A stretch of DNA of 63,703 nucleotides, the filler included, from Rhabdomonas costata (taxonomy: Eukaryota), in the NCBI GenBank assembly GCA_019059605.1. It is 30 parts of 30 records of this genome, joined end to end, with 100 filler letters (N's around TTAATTAATTAA, not from the genome) between each part and the next. Parts side by side here need not be neighbours in the genome. Positions count along the whole stretch, not along the records: positions 36,208 to 38,231 come from JAHMHO010006316.1; positions 38,332 to 40,355 come from JAHMHO010006317.1; positions 40,456 to 42,479 come from JAHMHO010006318.1; positions 42,580 to 44,594 come from JAHMHO010006319.1; positions 44,695 to 46,718 come from JAHMHO010006320.1; positions 46,819 to 48,842 come from JAHMHO010006321.1; positions 48,943 to 50,967 come from JAHMHO010006322.1; 23 more parts are not named here. One strand, given 5' to 3'. Numbering within the stretch: the stretch's first letter is position 1; each line of letters opens with the position of its first letter. Both the position numbers and the translations under genes were made by a program. The notes under the pieces were generated by a model that worked only from the letters and a program-made list of their open reading frames with translations, was not told the origin of the DNA and searched no databases. Positions 37,566-50,240 of this stretch are shown piece after piece.

Positions 37566-38665
37566 AAAGAGCTCCGCAGTCCCGAGCCACCTCGGAAAGC
37601 AGCGAACTCCGGAGAAACGTGCCCCCTTCTGAAAAAAAACGGCACATGTACCACAAAAACCGACCACCAGTGGTCCCTAATGTCGGGCAATGTCGTCGTG
37701 CTGGGCACCGCCAGAACCCCCAATACGGAAGTGCTATAATTCTGGGCAAGCCCGAGGACATACCACACAAGCACCGAGCGTTGACACATGCATACAAGGT
37801 TACAGAAAGTTGTGGAAGGGAAAGAGCGGTGGGATGGTGAGGTTGGGTGGGAAGGACGGGTGGAAATGCGAACGTCAAGGTCATCAGCGCCTCCAGGAGG
37901 GGATAACTCTTAGTTTCGAGGGCGGAGCGCAAGGTGACGGGGGTGGTTCTCTCATTTTTCAAGCAGATCCGGTAGTTCACAAACTCCGTCATTCTCTCCA
38001 ACGTGGCGGGCGAGAAAGCACCTGGCACACGAGCAGTAATGCGGCTCCGGGAAATTAAACTCATCCATTACAAAACAAAACAAAAATTGAGGAAGGAAAA
38101 CGAAAACAACCACCTGGAACGATAGAAACCCTCTGGGATGAGACCACGCCCCCACAAAGTTTTCTTTCCCTTTGACTGTTCCGAAAATCTAATTTCGACC
38201 ATTGCTCTTACTTCGGGACATTGCACTTTTTNNNNNNNNNNNNNNNNNNNNNNNNNNNNNNNNNNNNNNNNNNNNTTAATTAATTAANNNNNNNNNNNNN
38301 NNNNNNNNNNNNNNNNNNNNNNNNNNNNNNNTGTTTTGGGTCTGGTTTTGGTCTGGAAGACTTTGTTGGGGATCTTAGAGATTTGTCGGTGGTGTGTCCT
38401 TGCCGCCCCTTGAGATCCCCAAGGGGTGTCAATGCACTTAAATACTGTCGTACCCTTCGCCATTTGCATTCAAGATGGGAGGAGCAGGCGGATTACCATG
38501 CGGGAGCAGTGAGCTTTGACTTTTTTGGTTTAAATCTTTAAAGTGTTTGTGGAGGTCCCCAGATTTTTCTCCGCCTTCGCTCCGATATGCTTCCCTGATG
38601 ATGGGCTGTGATGATTCCCACTGTTCTGTGCACTGCACTTGTGTGGAGGGGGGGGGGACTTGCAG

Positions 38666-40278
38666 GGTTTTACATGCCCAAACCCTTCATCCCCGCGGCC
38701 TACATGTGGCTGTACTGGTTGAACCCCTTTAAGTGTGTCTTGTTTTCACACACGCACACACTCACACATCGCCGATCAACCGCGGCCAACAGCCTGTGCG
38801 CTCAATATACATAGTCACACAGGGAACGTGTTTTGAGGACGCTTGGCCGGGATCTTCCCAAACGCCTTGCAAACACGGTGCAAATCAACCCCCAACTCGT
38901 CGACGCAATCGCAACGCTCCTTTTCACCCTCCGATGTGCCCAAATAAGACCCATTCACCCGTACCCGTGCACCCCTCCAAACCCAGTGCTTTGAAGGTTG
39001 GGGGGGGGGGTCACTGGTAACCTTTCCCGGTGGTCATAATTTGTAAATTGTTTTATATTTATATTGTCCTCGTCATCTCAAAAATTCACCCGTGTCACCT
39101 CAAAAAGTCCCAACCGGAAAAAGTGCGCTTTACATCAGGCATTTTCGGACTTCGAAGCTGAAAAGGGTGGTGAAAAAACTGGTTTTGACCTGGAGGTGGC
39201 TTGCCTCTTACTGTTGAGATGTCGCGGGCCATATTATAGCTATATTGTGTATAAATATTATTTGTAATCTTTTTGTATCTTATGTTTTACTACTATACTA
39301 CTACTATTACCACTTACTGTTTTACTATACCACTATATTATATAAGAGTCGCTAAAGGTCCAGGTCAGGTTCCCTCTGTGGCCGCCTGCTCTGGCCTCTG
39401 CGTTGCTGGCCTTTGCCCCTAAACTAATGCTGTCCTACTCGTCCGCCCATATCCCAGCCATCGGCGAGTCCTCAGCCAGCAGCACGTTCGAGCTGTAAAT
39501 AAAAGCACATAGGGAGCACTGGCACAGTTTACCTAATTCCCCCTTACACTAAAACAAAGTTATTTCGAGTGTGCTGGCATGCTTTACCAGACCGTTTTCA
39601 AAGGTAATACCGTTGCTGCAGTTTTACACTGCTGTGTTCCCACCTGTTCCCACGCGTCACTCAGCCCCCCCTTCCCACCCGTTCTGCTCTCCCTCTTCTC
39701 CATCTTGTGTTTGCCCAAGACCCCATTGTCATCCATCTTGGCCCTTTGTACTTTTTGCTAGTCTTGTGTGTGTGTGTGTGTGGAAAAATCGCGTGTTTTC
39801 AGGCCCGTTTCCTTCGCGCATTGCTCAGCTTACAAACCTCTGGACAAATTAAGTTTTTGATTTTTGTCTTCTAAGACGCACTCATCCGAAGTAAGCCGAG
39901 GACTGTGGTGGTTTCTGGATGCTTTGTTTGCCTTCAAGTTAATTCAGCATTCAACATTAAGCCAGTTTACTGTTGCTGGTACCCCCTTCCCCCAACTTCC
40001 ATTGGGCACCTCACCCTCACTACCCGCCTGCGTGGGGCAGGTACACCTTCGAGTGCATGATGGTGATTTTCTTCCGGAACCGGACCCTGGCATGTCAGGA
40101 TCCCAACCTTCCCGGCTGGCTGGTCATCGGATGCGTCTCTGGGAACGATGTGCTACGGATGATGGGGATGGACCCTGCCCTGGCCATCCCTGGGCAATTC
40201 GTGGTGGTGGGGTACATTTTTGCTTGGATAATCCTGGACCTGCTTCTGTTGCAGTATCTGCGGTTTAGTAATAAGTGA
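38666..40278 (+). CDS. ABCG transporter C-terminus; exons 38666-38732, 40041-40278
   Basis: GFYMPKPFIPAAYMWLYWLNPFK|YTFECMMVIFFRNRTLAC...SGNDVLRMMGM...QYLRFSNK*. Confidence 0.9.
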
Positions 40279-40700
40279 GGTGACTGCCGGACCTCTGTAG
40301 AAGGCCTTCATTGGTGGCTTGTGTGTCTTGATGGGCTGCTGCGAGATGTCTTCTCNNNNNNNNNNNNNNNNNNNNNNNNNNNNNNNNNNNNNNNNNNNNT
40401 TAATTAATTAANNNNNNNNNNNNNNNNNNNNNNNNNNNNNNNNNNNNNNNNNNNNGTTTTGTTGGCAACCTGTGAAGAAATGTGTCAAGCACAATTCCAC
40501 CCACACACTAGAAAACATGATGCAAGGATGTGAAAAACTAAAATTGTATTTATTATATTTTCCCAAATTGTGGCACATCCGGGCCTTTTGTTTATCAACG
40601 AAAATGGCGTGAAATATAGACTGCTCCTTTTGCGAGCACTGGTGTGGGTGTGCTTGAGAAGGTTCCCAAGCACAGAGTTGAGCACTGGCAGCGGACGCAC

Positions 40701-42332
40701 CGCAGTAACCCTCACCCGCTTGGTGGTGTTGACCACTTGTTCGTACTTCGCCGTGGCACTCTGGAGGGACACAGTGCCGTGCTCCGACATCATGATCTTC
40801 ACCTCGACGGAGGACTTGCTCTCCGGATGCGCTGTGTGAAACGAAACCCTGAAGCTGCACTTCGCAGCCAGTAAAAATAGGCTCAGAAAAACGGTGGTGG
40901 TGAAATGAAGGCAGCCCCATCAAAGCCAGGTCGTCCCCTGCGGAACCTGGGGAACAGCAAGTGCCTGGTTGGGGACACACTTGGTTTCTTTTTTGCCTGC
41001 ACCTTTCTCGGTTACGTTGACTGTTCTAGAGCTTCTGTTCTTTTCTGTAAATTAATCGTGCTTCAAGTTGCTTCCAGCCAAAACTGTGAACGTCGCAGTG
41101 ATGCATGCCACTTCAGTGCAAAGAAAAATGGTTCATTGCACGCGCGCAGCAAAAAGAGAGCACACCGTCCGGAGCATCCACCCCCATCCGAGAAAATATG
41201 GAGCTGACTCCCTGAAAACTGTACATGGTGAGGGGATCCAGCGTCTCCTCTCCACTGCAGCAGAAAAGCAAGAAAAGACCACCATGAGCATCAGGACGCT
41301 AAAAGAAAAGCAGAAGATGTGCATGGTGCATGGAAAAGAAGAGCTTTGTGGTTAAAGGAAAATGAGTAATGCTCGAAAGGAAAAGAATGCTGAAAGTTCA
41401 GTATTGATTTCCAAGATCACTTGACTTTTCTGGCTGAGTGGAAAGTTTTACGACGAAAAAAAAAAGGGACAAGAACAAAAGCTTTTGAGCACCATTCGGA
41501 GTGCTCGCGAAAGGCCGGAGGCAAAAAAAAAATGATGCGTGTCGCGGGCCTTTGCGGATCCAACAGACGCTCAAAGAGGGTCAGGTTGAAGCTCTTCTTG
41601 CGGAACACCGTGATCTGTTTCTTCGCGGGCAAGGAACTCTGGGTGAAGAGGGGTCGCACGGCCGGCTCAGGGTGCTGCTCGTCAGGAGACAGAGCGAAGG
41701 AGATGTTGCGAGGATTGGGGCTTGCGATGTCAAAGCTTCGCACGCGGAACGAGCCCGACAGCCGAGCAGCGTGAAACGCCGCCCCTGGGGACGAGCAAAA
41801 ATAACGGCAGGAAGCGAATAAAATGAAGTGTTTCACGGCAACCTGGAAAACCATACAAACTGCAAGTTCACACCAGAACCACAGTCAGAACAGGGTTGCA
41901 CAGCCAGCTGCGTTCTACAATGATAAACAACACGGAACTACTCCCTTCTACCCAACCGTTTCCAACTTTTAGCTGATGCAAGCCCATGAACCACATAGTT
42001 AGTTTACCAGCAACTTACCTACCAGAGCACAGACACGTACCTCCGGAACAAGGTGCCGTAATTTTTTTATAACAACGTCTTCAGCAACAAAAAAAACTGA
42101 GCGTGAAACAACACATACCCAATGCGGTCGCCTCGTCCGTGTTCAGCGATCTGCCAAGCGGTCTAACACAAAAGCGAAACAAGTACAAAACATGGAGTTC
42201 CAAACTTGAAAAACCCCGCAAAAAAACCCCGCCAAAAAGAGCGACACACTTCTTAAGAGCGGCCTGGAGGGCCTCCTGAATAGCAACAACACGGGAGCCA
42301 CCACCCATCAGCTCCACAGAGTCCAAGTCTGC
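40701..42332 (-). CDS. Hsp70 superfamily, Hsp110/Grp170 type; exons 42332-42250, 42162-42119, 41784-about 41567, 41254-41166, about 40831-40701
   Basis: DLDSVELMGGGSRVVAIQEAL...K|PLGRSLNTDEATALG|AAFHAARLSGSFRVRSFDI...KKQITVFRKKSFNLTLF...SSVEVKIMMSEHGTVSLQSA. Confidence 0.88.
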
Positions 42333-42581
42333 CTGAAGGGAGCAATAGAGAGAGCGCAAAGAAATTATCTCTCTGACAAAAGGCCCACTGGCCACTGCAA
42401 AACCGCGGGATGGCTCTCCCCTCATCCTTTCCAGGTGACGAAAACCACCTCACTGAGGAACGTTCAAAACCCAAACACANNNNNNNNNNNNNNNNNNNNN
42501 NNNNNNNNNNNNNNNNNNNNNNNTTAATTAATTAANNNNNNNNNNNNNNNNNNNNNNNNNNNNNNNNNNNNNNNNNNNNGC

Positions 42582-42986
42582 CTTTCTGAGGTGTCATTTG
42601 TGCTACTCCTTACAAGGCTTCGGGTATTGCAGTCAGGACTCTGTTGGTTGTGTGCTTATTCGTTGTGGTGCGTGGATTTACGGTTACTTATGGTGCTAGT
42701 GTTGATGTTGCTATGAGTGTGTGTGGTGTTTCTGTGGGTTATGGCGCTAATGGTATTTATGATGTGATTTATGTGTCAAGAGTTGTGTTTCTTGGTCATA
42801 TGAGTCAGGTTATGCATCTGTACGTGCGGTTCTGTGTTACTGCGCTGGTGTTTTGTTATTTTTGGGTCAAGTGGTGTCATGGTTAGTTTGGTTTTCGTAG
42901 TTTATGGTAGTGCTTCTTCACCTATGCGCATATTCATTGTGCTTGCACTTGTGGTGCTATTTTTGTTTGTAGATCCAGTGGTTTAG
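42582..42986 (+). other. G/T-skewed hydrophobic frame open only if TGA=Trp; possible mitochondrial nad2-like fragment or NUMT
   Basis: Three in-frame TGA codons lie among hydrophobic residues. LRWCFVIFGSSGVMVSLVFVVYGSAS has SSG...YG spaced as in nad2 LKYFILGALSSGILLFGCSMIYG. Confidence 0.27.
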
Positions 42987-44694
42987 GTGGCAATTTGTGT
43001 GTTTATACGGTGTATGGGTCTATTGTGTTGTGTTTTGTCTTCTCTATAATTTTTTGTGGTCAGATTAATGGTTTTTGATGGCGGTAATTCATCCTATCTG
43101 GAGAAGTGTAACTCTTAAAGCACCTTAATTACACTACGAGGCCACAAGGCTACGAGACCTGCATTTAGAAAGTAGTAATCAGATATCCGCAATGTCACGC
43201 AATTAGTGACGGTGGAGAAACGGTGACTAGGATCACGATTGCAGAAGTGAGGCAATCATGATACAACCACATCATGCGGCTATGTCCAACCAGCATCCAG
43301 ATAGGTCCATACATCACATAGCAGGCATCCACGGTAACAGTATCAGTTGTTTCACTGGAAGGAAAGTCATGCACATGTGCTACACAACGTACAGGAAGTG
43401 TGTGCCATGACAAAACAACCATAGCGTGTGTGTGTGTGAAATGACAGCATTGACCAACACGTATCCAACAATGACGATTCGTTGAGACACACTACTGTCC
43501 AAAACCTGGCAGAACGTGACCGCTATAATGCACTTATCGAACCCACTGAGTGTATATGGCCATGGCGTGTTATACCACATTTAATTATGTGATATGTATC
43601 CCAAACTGATCAACTGTAGCTGTTGAGACTGCTAGCTTGGTGGTTTCGCGCATTACGACAACAATAATAAGAGATTACTGTAAGCAATACAGTGGTCAAC
43701 GCTTACCACCAGAACTACTAATATTCGAGTAGAAAGCAAACGGTGGTCCCATAAATCAAACACTAAGAAATAGACTCCCCAAAAGTTCTACGAAAGGCGC
43801 TTGGCAAACAAATTAACCACGAAACTGGATAGGAAGAAGTTGGGGAAACCAATCTGTGGGCAAACGGTCCGAAGGCACAGAGAAGAGCATAAAAAAGGGC
43901 GCGTGGCGCTGTCAAAAAGTGGTTGAAGCCGCAAGTCTCGCCCCAGGGCGCGGACGGAGAGAAAAATCAAAGCCCATAGCGGCAACGCACGTGGAAAACA
44001 CAACGGAAGCAAGAAATACGTTGAACAGAAACACAGAAACGCTTGGCTCGCTTTGGTGGTCTGTCTGAACCCGACGGCTGGCGCTGGAACTTGGGATCGC
44101 ACAGGGCGCCCGCCAGGATTGGAAAGACCCCTGGTGACGTAGCGCCGGGCTGTTCCCAGTGTGGCGGCGTGGGTGTGTTCAAAGCTGGCGGGCCCATGGA
44201 GGAAGGATGCGCACAGGCCGTGGAAGGATAGATGCCGAAGGCCTCCGGCTCGCCGTCTTCGGTAGAATTTCGCTCGTGGATCCGCAGGCAGTGCCTTCGA
44301 CACCCCAGCGTCCAGGTCGGCGGCCATGCGCCTTCCAGATGTCCTTTTTGCGAACGAAATGGCCTTAGGGTGAATTGCGCCACTTCCTTCGCCAAAACGG
44401 TAATGCTCCATCCCGCTTCGGCTTCCCCCGCAGATACCGCTTATCCTTTTGCTTTCGGGCCGAATCCGTAGGACCCGGGGCCGCGTAAGTCCGCGAACAG
44501 ACCAAGCTTGGGGGTTCCGCCCCACACGAAAACGAATGGAAGACTAAACGCAAAAAAAATATCTGTTAACAACACGCCCAACACACCCACCACANNNNNN
44601 NNNNNNNNNNNNNNNNNNNNNNNNNNNNNNNNNNNNNNTTAATTAATTAANNNNNNNNNNNNNNNNNNNNNNNNNNNNNNNNNNNNNNNNNNNN

Positions 44695-45785
44695 GAGAGG
44701 GTATTGGCCAACGTACCCATTCGGGTCATCATACGGTCCACGGAGACATCCTCGAAAAGATCGTCCACAAGCCGGGCCGTGACCTGTGCTGCATTGAGCT
44801 GATGGTCTTTCGTGGTGCGCAGGTTGACAGTGTAGCCGACCTGCTCCACCATGGCCGAGAGCATGAATGTCGAGGAGCGCTGATTAGAGAGCTAAACAAG
44901 GCACAGGGTCGAAGCGCATTAAAGAGTCGATGACGATGTGCTTGAAAGATAGAGAAGAATGCAGTGGCAGGAGTCTCTTATTGAGAGTATGTCACTATGC
45001 TCAGAAGAACAGCTCAGCTTCACATTCGAGCAATGCAACAAGCATTCTTAACTTCACTTCACTGATGGCATGATTCCTTACCGCAGCTCTTGTGCTCGTA
45101 TTCCTTACCGCGGCGCGTGTGCGTGTACGCGTGTGTACCCGGTATCACTGGTATCCAAGTTCAACTGCATACAATAAAGCGGTGAATGATTCTCCAGTGG
45201 TTTGGACGGGATTCGAGGGAAATGCTCCGTCCTTGTGATTCAAGCAGATGATTCGCAGGGGGTAAGATTGCAATGACTGAACCCTTGGATTAAGTGGAAG
45301 CTAGATGGGGTCAGAGGGCTGAAAATGGTTCCAATGATATAAGCAGATGATGTCCTGGACCGCTTCGGTGCGCCCCATGGCTCAAGATACCAAGGTAGTT
45401 TAACGCTCCGCTTCATATTACTTTGCTTAAACACACAAATACACACTCCCCTTACGGGGGCACATCAACAACATTAAAACAAGCCCCTGTGCCACCGCAC
45501 GTTCTTTCTATACTTGTTCTTTTGTCTTTATTTTAAGAGCGCGTCCGGAAAGCCAGACTTCTCAGAAGTCTGAGAACTCAGACAAACCACTCTTTGGTGG
45601 GCTTGCACGACAGCAAAAGAGTCCATCGCGTGGTGCACCAGGACCAGCTCATGCTGGAGCTGATCTTGCTTCATGGTCATCGTGCTGCTCCAATTGAGCA
45701 CAATCGCTGTGGCTGCCACGGCCATTGCCATGATGAGGGACATAATCACCACGCTAATCACCAACTTTGTGGTGGGCTTCATTCG
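44695..45785 (-). CDS. N-terminal exons of a membrane-anchored protein, possibly a receptor-type cyclase or kinase
   Basis: MKPTTKLVISVVIMSLIMAMAVAATAIVLNW transmembrane segment, and a second GC-rich exon at about 44695-44880. Confidence 0.35.
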
Positions 45786-48700
45786 GTTTTCGTAAACCTG
45801 TCCCCCATTGAAACCCCAAAGCACTTTTATGTTCGCAAACTCCTGCGGAATATGTTTCCTTGCGAGGCAGATTTCCAAAGTATTCAATTGAAAGTTGAAA
45901 TTAATATTATACCATATTTAATAATAAAAATGGGAATCGGACCGCTGCACGAACACCGCGTAAGCAGCGGATCTCGAGGGAGAGTAGGAATTTACAGGAA
46001 AGGACACGCGCACTGGGACCCACCTGGTCCCAGTGCGTGTGCACTCCCTCTTGGAATATATAGTTGATTCGCATGGTATTCATGTTGTTGTTTTTGTGTG
46101 TCTCCCAGCCCAGCTCAGACCCCCCTTCCAAGGACACAAAGCACTTGCAGCAAAAAAGGGGCACCGTTCCGATATTCGAAATAACACAGAAACCGAAGAA
46201 AACAACGAATTGGTCTGCACCAGGACATCAATCACAGGAGAGTGGCTGCAACTGGGTCAATCCATCTTGGACGTATGATCTAAATGTAATTAAGGTGAGA
46301 CCTTGAAGCTTGGGGTAATGCGCACCATCTTAGAGTTATTCCAATCAGCACCTTAGCTGCCCCCCCCCAAAAAAAGTGGGAACGCAAGGCACAGGACACA
46401 AATGGCTCACAGCACAGCCCAATCTCTTCTCCACCCCCCATAATGATCCCCACAACAATTACAATACGCGGCGGCTTCACGCAAATTCAAGAAAAGGAAT
46501 TGCTCTTTCCCTTGGTGCGCCTGCCTACCCGTGCTACACATACCTCCTCCCCATTGCGACGGTGGCGAATCGCTGCCCACAGCGCTGAGGCCTTGAGGTG
46601 AACCCAATGAAGTGCTCTGGCAATGGGTCCCACTGAACGCCCCTGAGTGACCTTTGGCCGGCCCTGTTCAGCGCACGCACAAGGGAAAGGTAGTGAAAGC
46701 GGCGTAAAGCAAAACACCNNNNNNNNNNNNNNNNNNNNNNNNNNNNNNNNNNNNNNNNNNNNTTAATTAATTAANNNNNNNNNNNNNNNNNNNNNNNNNN
46801 NNNNNNNNNNNNNNNNNNTTTGTTTTGTAGAAGATTCTGTAAAAAACGTTGTGCAATAAAGGCATGTGTGTGTGCACAAAAAGCATGGTATTGTTTACGA
46901 CAATTCATTGGATTAATTTTTTGGTTAAAATCCGTTTTGTGGTTATGGGAGTTTTGATCTATCAAAAGGTGGTTTTCAATTAGATTCCTTTGGTTTTGGT
47001 CTAATGCGGTAGCAAACTTCAAAACAAGCCGGTAAGGTCATGTGACCGAATGTCCGCTGGTGGTAAGCGGTACCAAGGAAATTAAAAGACAAGTGATGTC
47101 GTGCAGCAGTGAAATACCATAGCAATGGTCAATGGAAAATGTCCACAAAGATCAATTGTGCAAAAGGAAATTTCGTTAGGGGTTGCGGGTGAAAGTGTGT
47201 GTTGTTTGGAGTTGTATTCACGGTCAAGTGGTAAAACTTGGCCTGTGGAGATTAATCTTTTTGTCAGTTTCTGAGAACCGTTACACGCAGCCCCTCGTCA
47301 GCAAGATCTTGGCAAAATGCTACGTCAGGTCACATAGCACAGTGGTGACAGTGGATTGGACAGAGATTGATGGCCAAGAGACAGATGGCTATAGAGTGAC
47401 ATTGTGGGAAGACCACGGGATCAATGCCACATGGAATGGAAGTGCGTGCACACGACCAAACTTCAGTGGTTTATGTGTACGTTTTCGAAGTTTTTCAGAG
47501 AAAGAATGATGCATCAACACACACCCCGCCAAAAACGGCCGCGGGAACTACTTCTAAACGACCTCAGAAGAGTGTTCTACCCACAGCTGTCGACACCGTT
47601 GAAATTTCAGTCACCGCAGCCACTTTATTGCCGCCGACTGAATATCTCCCGACATATAACAAGACACACTGTGTCATACACCAAATATTATAGAGAACAA
47701 TGTGAACTTTTTGCGACCCCAGAAAGTCTGGCCGCATTGTTGGCGCCCTTTTTGACTCTGGTTGCAGCAACAGCGTGATACTGGACACACTGGTAACATT
47801 GCTTCACATTGCCGTCCACAAAATCACTCCATAAGTTTACGTGCACAGTGACCTGTGCTTCAGATCTCCATTCCTCGTTTCGGAGTTTGAGCGCGATGGC
47901 ATTTTTGGCCATCAAATTCCCGAGTTCCATTCACAGCAATTCATAAACAGATTCATCCACCTTCTTGTGTCATACTCCACACAACTTTCATTCCCAATTC
48001 CCCCTGACGAAATTTTATTTTGGCCAAATGACCATTTGGCCATTCCCCCTTGATTATTGCTACCGTATACTCCCGGGGCCAGCGGGAGTTTAAACAGAAT
48101 TGCCACCAGGGTTGAAATGCAGATATAGCGGAAGTGTCTTTCTTTCCCAATTCACCCCGGCCCAAAGTAAAACCGCCCAACCGGTGCCCATGATCACCCA
48201 TCTTTTTTGACACGTCTGGGTTGGGAAACATGCGCGATTCCAGAAAGGTTTCGTTTGCTGGACGTTTCTTGTTCGCCAGGCGCTGGCCCCAATATTTCAA
48301 TGCACTTTGCCTTGAATGCAATCCTTTTTCTCCGATAAAAGTTATGTTGCGCCGTGTGGCATTGATTGAATCAATATTGGGTTGTTAATCTTCTTGCGTT
48401 TCCCCAAGAAGGTGCTTCGTTCCACCGCAAAGGTCCTGAATGGTCGGACCGTGGAGCAAACTAAACGATCACGACCTGCAACCGCTTTGCGGTTTTGCTT
48501 CTGATTTATGTCAGACGGCACGGCGGCTCTTTCCCGGCGTAGCCCACTCGATCCGATCCACTCCGTGGTCCCTCCAGACAAAGCTTTCGCTTTGTGAGCG
48601 CTTTCAAATCACCTAGATGAGGAGACTTCTTTCCCCCGGGTTGGCCTCGCTTTCGCCAAGGGCCAGGTAGACCATGGTCGCAACCACTCCTCGCAGCTGA

Positions 48701-50147
48701 CCAATCCTGTGGACTCTTGGTCGACTACTCTAGGTCGCAACCTGCCACTCCGTCACACCCTCTCGGTCGCTTCTCAAACTCCTTCAAATGGGACTTAACC
48801 ACCTTCGTTCCGCAAACCCCCTTAATTCGACAAACCCCCACANNNNNNNNNNNNNNNNNNNNNNNNNNNNNNNNNNNNNNNNNNNNTTAATTAATTAANN
48901 NNNNNNNNNNNNNNNNNNNNNNNNNNNNNNNNNNNNNNNNNNGGGGGGTGTGGGACAAGCGGTCGGCCGGTGGCAAAGCGCTGGGCTTAGTCCGTCCCCC
49001 CCTCTTTCCGCGGTGATAGGGAAGTCAAAAAGATGAAAGACCGGCCACGCAGCGTTTCGGGAGGCCTGGTGTATGTACAAAAGACCCCAGGCCTGCTTCG
49101 GCTTAGCCCTCTTTTCTCATTGACCGTGTCATAGCAAAAGACGATGATGTTTAATATTGTCTTTTGTTTTTGACTTAGTTGATTATGTTCACTGTCGTCT
49201 TTTTCCTGGCAACCCAAATAGGACACTCTCCATATAACTTCAATAAAATGTTGACATCATCAGTCAACCACCTTGACATTATCAGGGCATCAAGAAAAAT
49301 CATCGCATCCAAGAGGGAGGAACTCAGGTTGGAGGACAACAAATCAGGCACAAAAAGGGAGCAGGACTGGAGAGCAGGTTCTAGGAGCGCGAAGGGAACA
49401 GTGCGGGAGGCATAAACCAGCTTGCAAGCAAGAGCGGGGAATGAGATGGCATTTCTGTGGGCAGTCGAGAAGCTGCAGATTCTCTGCAAAGCGCTCAAAG
49501 TCACCAAATTTGACTCGGGACCCGCATGCGAGCCAAGCACTCTCCTTCCACAGGTAAGCGGAATAGGCGCGAACTTGTGGAGTAAAGAGTTGGGCGGGAG
49601 GCGGGACACATCACCCCACAACTGTCTTCGAAAAGTTGGGCTCAAGCCCGAACTCTCAAAAGAAGGGCAAGAGAGAATTGAGTGCATGAGAAAGCTGCTC
49701 GGGTGTACCGGCAAGCGTGCCGCTGGCAAGGAACCAAACCCCCATTCTTCAAGGCGGTGGGCAAACTCAACAATGGAAAGCGTTCCCACAGCGAAAAGAG
49801 CCCGACCCAAGGGGTCTCCCCCCACCATAAACGGCCGGAGGAACTACAGCGAAAACGAAAAGAAGAAGAAGAAGACTGCGGTTTCGAAATCGCCTTAACG
49901 GACGAAGCAACCCTTTCCCCTTTCCCCAGGGACTTTTTCTGTTGTTTTCGTTCGCAATGCATGCAGCCGAGACTCCTTTGCTTCCTTTCCGTCTCTGGGC
50001 TCAAGTTGAACTGTTGTGCAAAGGTTTCATTGCTCGCGTGTCTTGGTTCTGTTTTTGTTCTGTCGCTCTTTTGTTCGGGACGCCACATTCTTTGCGTCTG
50101 TTGTGTGATTGCGCGCTTGCCTGCTTCCCCTGTTCAGGGTTTTGAGA

Positions 50148-50240
50148 ATGGACTGTGTCAGTAACACAAACTACTATGAGCTACTTGGGGTCTCTCGACA
50201 TGCCTCTTTGGGAGAGATACGACATGCCTACAAGCAGAAG
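50148..50240 (+). CDS. J-domain (DnaJ) protein, first exon
   Basis: MDCVSNTNYYELLGVSRHASLGEIRHAYKQK followed by a GT donor. Confidence 0.85.

Noticed and set aside
42582-42600. CTTTCTGAGGTGTCATTTG as a euglenid spliced-leader exon
   Set aside because: Only a partial match, with no T-tract/CG|GT donor or SL RNA structure after it.
47280-47700. Fibronectin type III-like fragment (VTVDW...DGYRVTLW)
   Set aside because: I could not build a consistent spliced frame.
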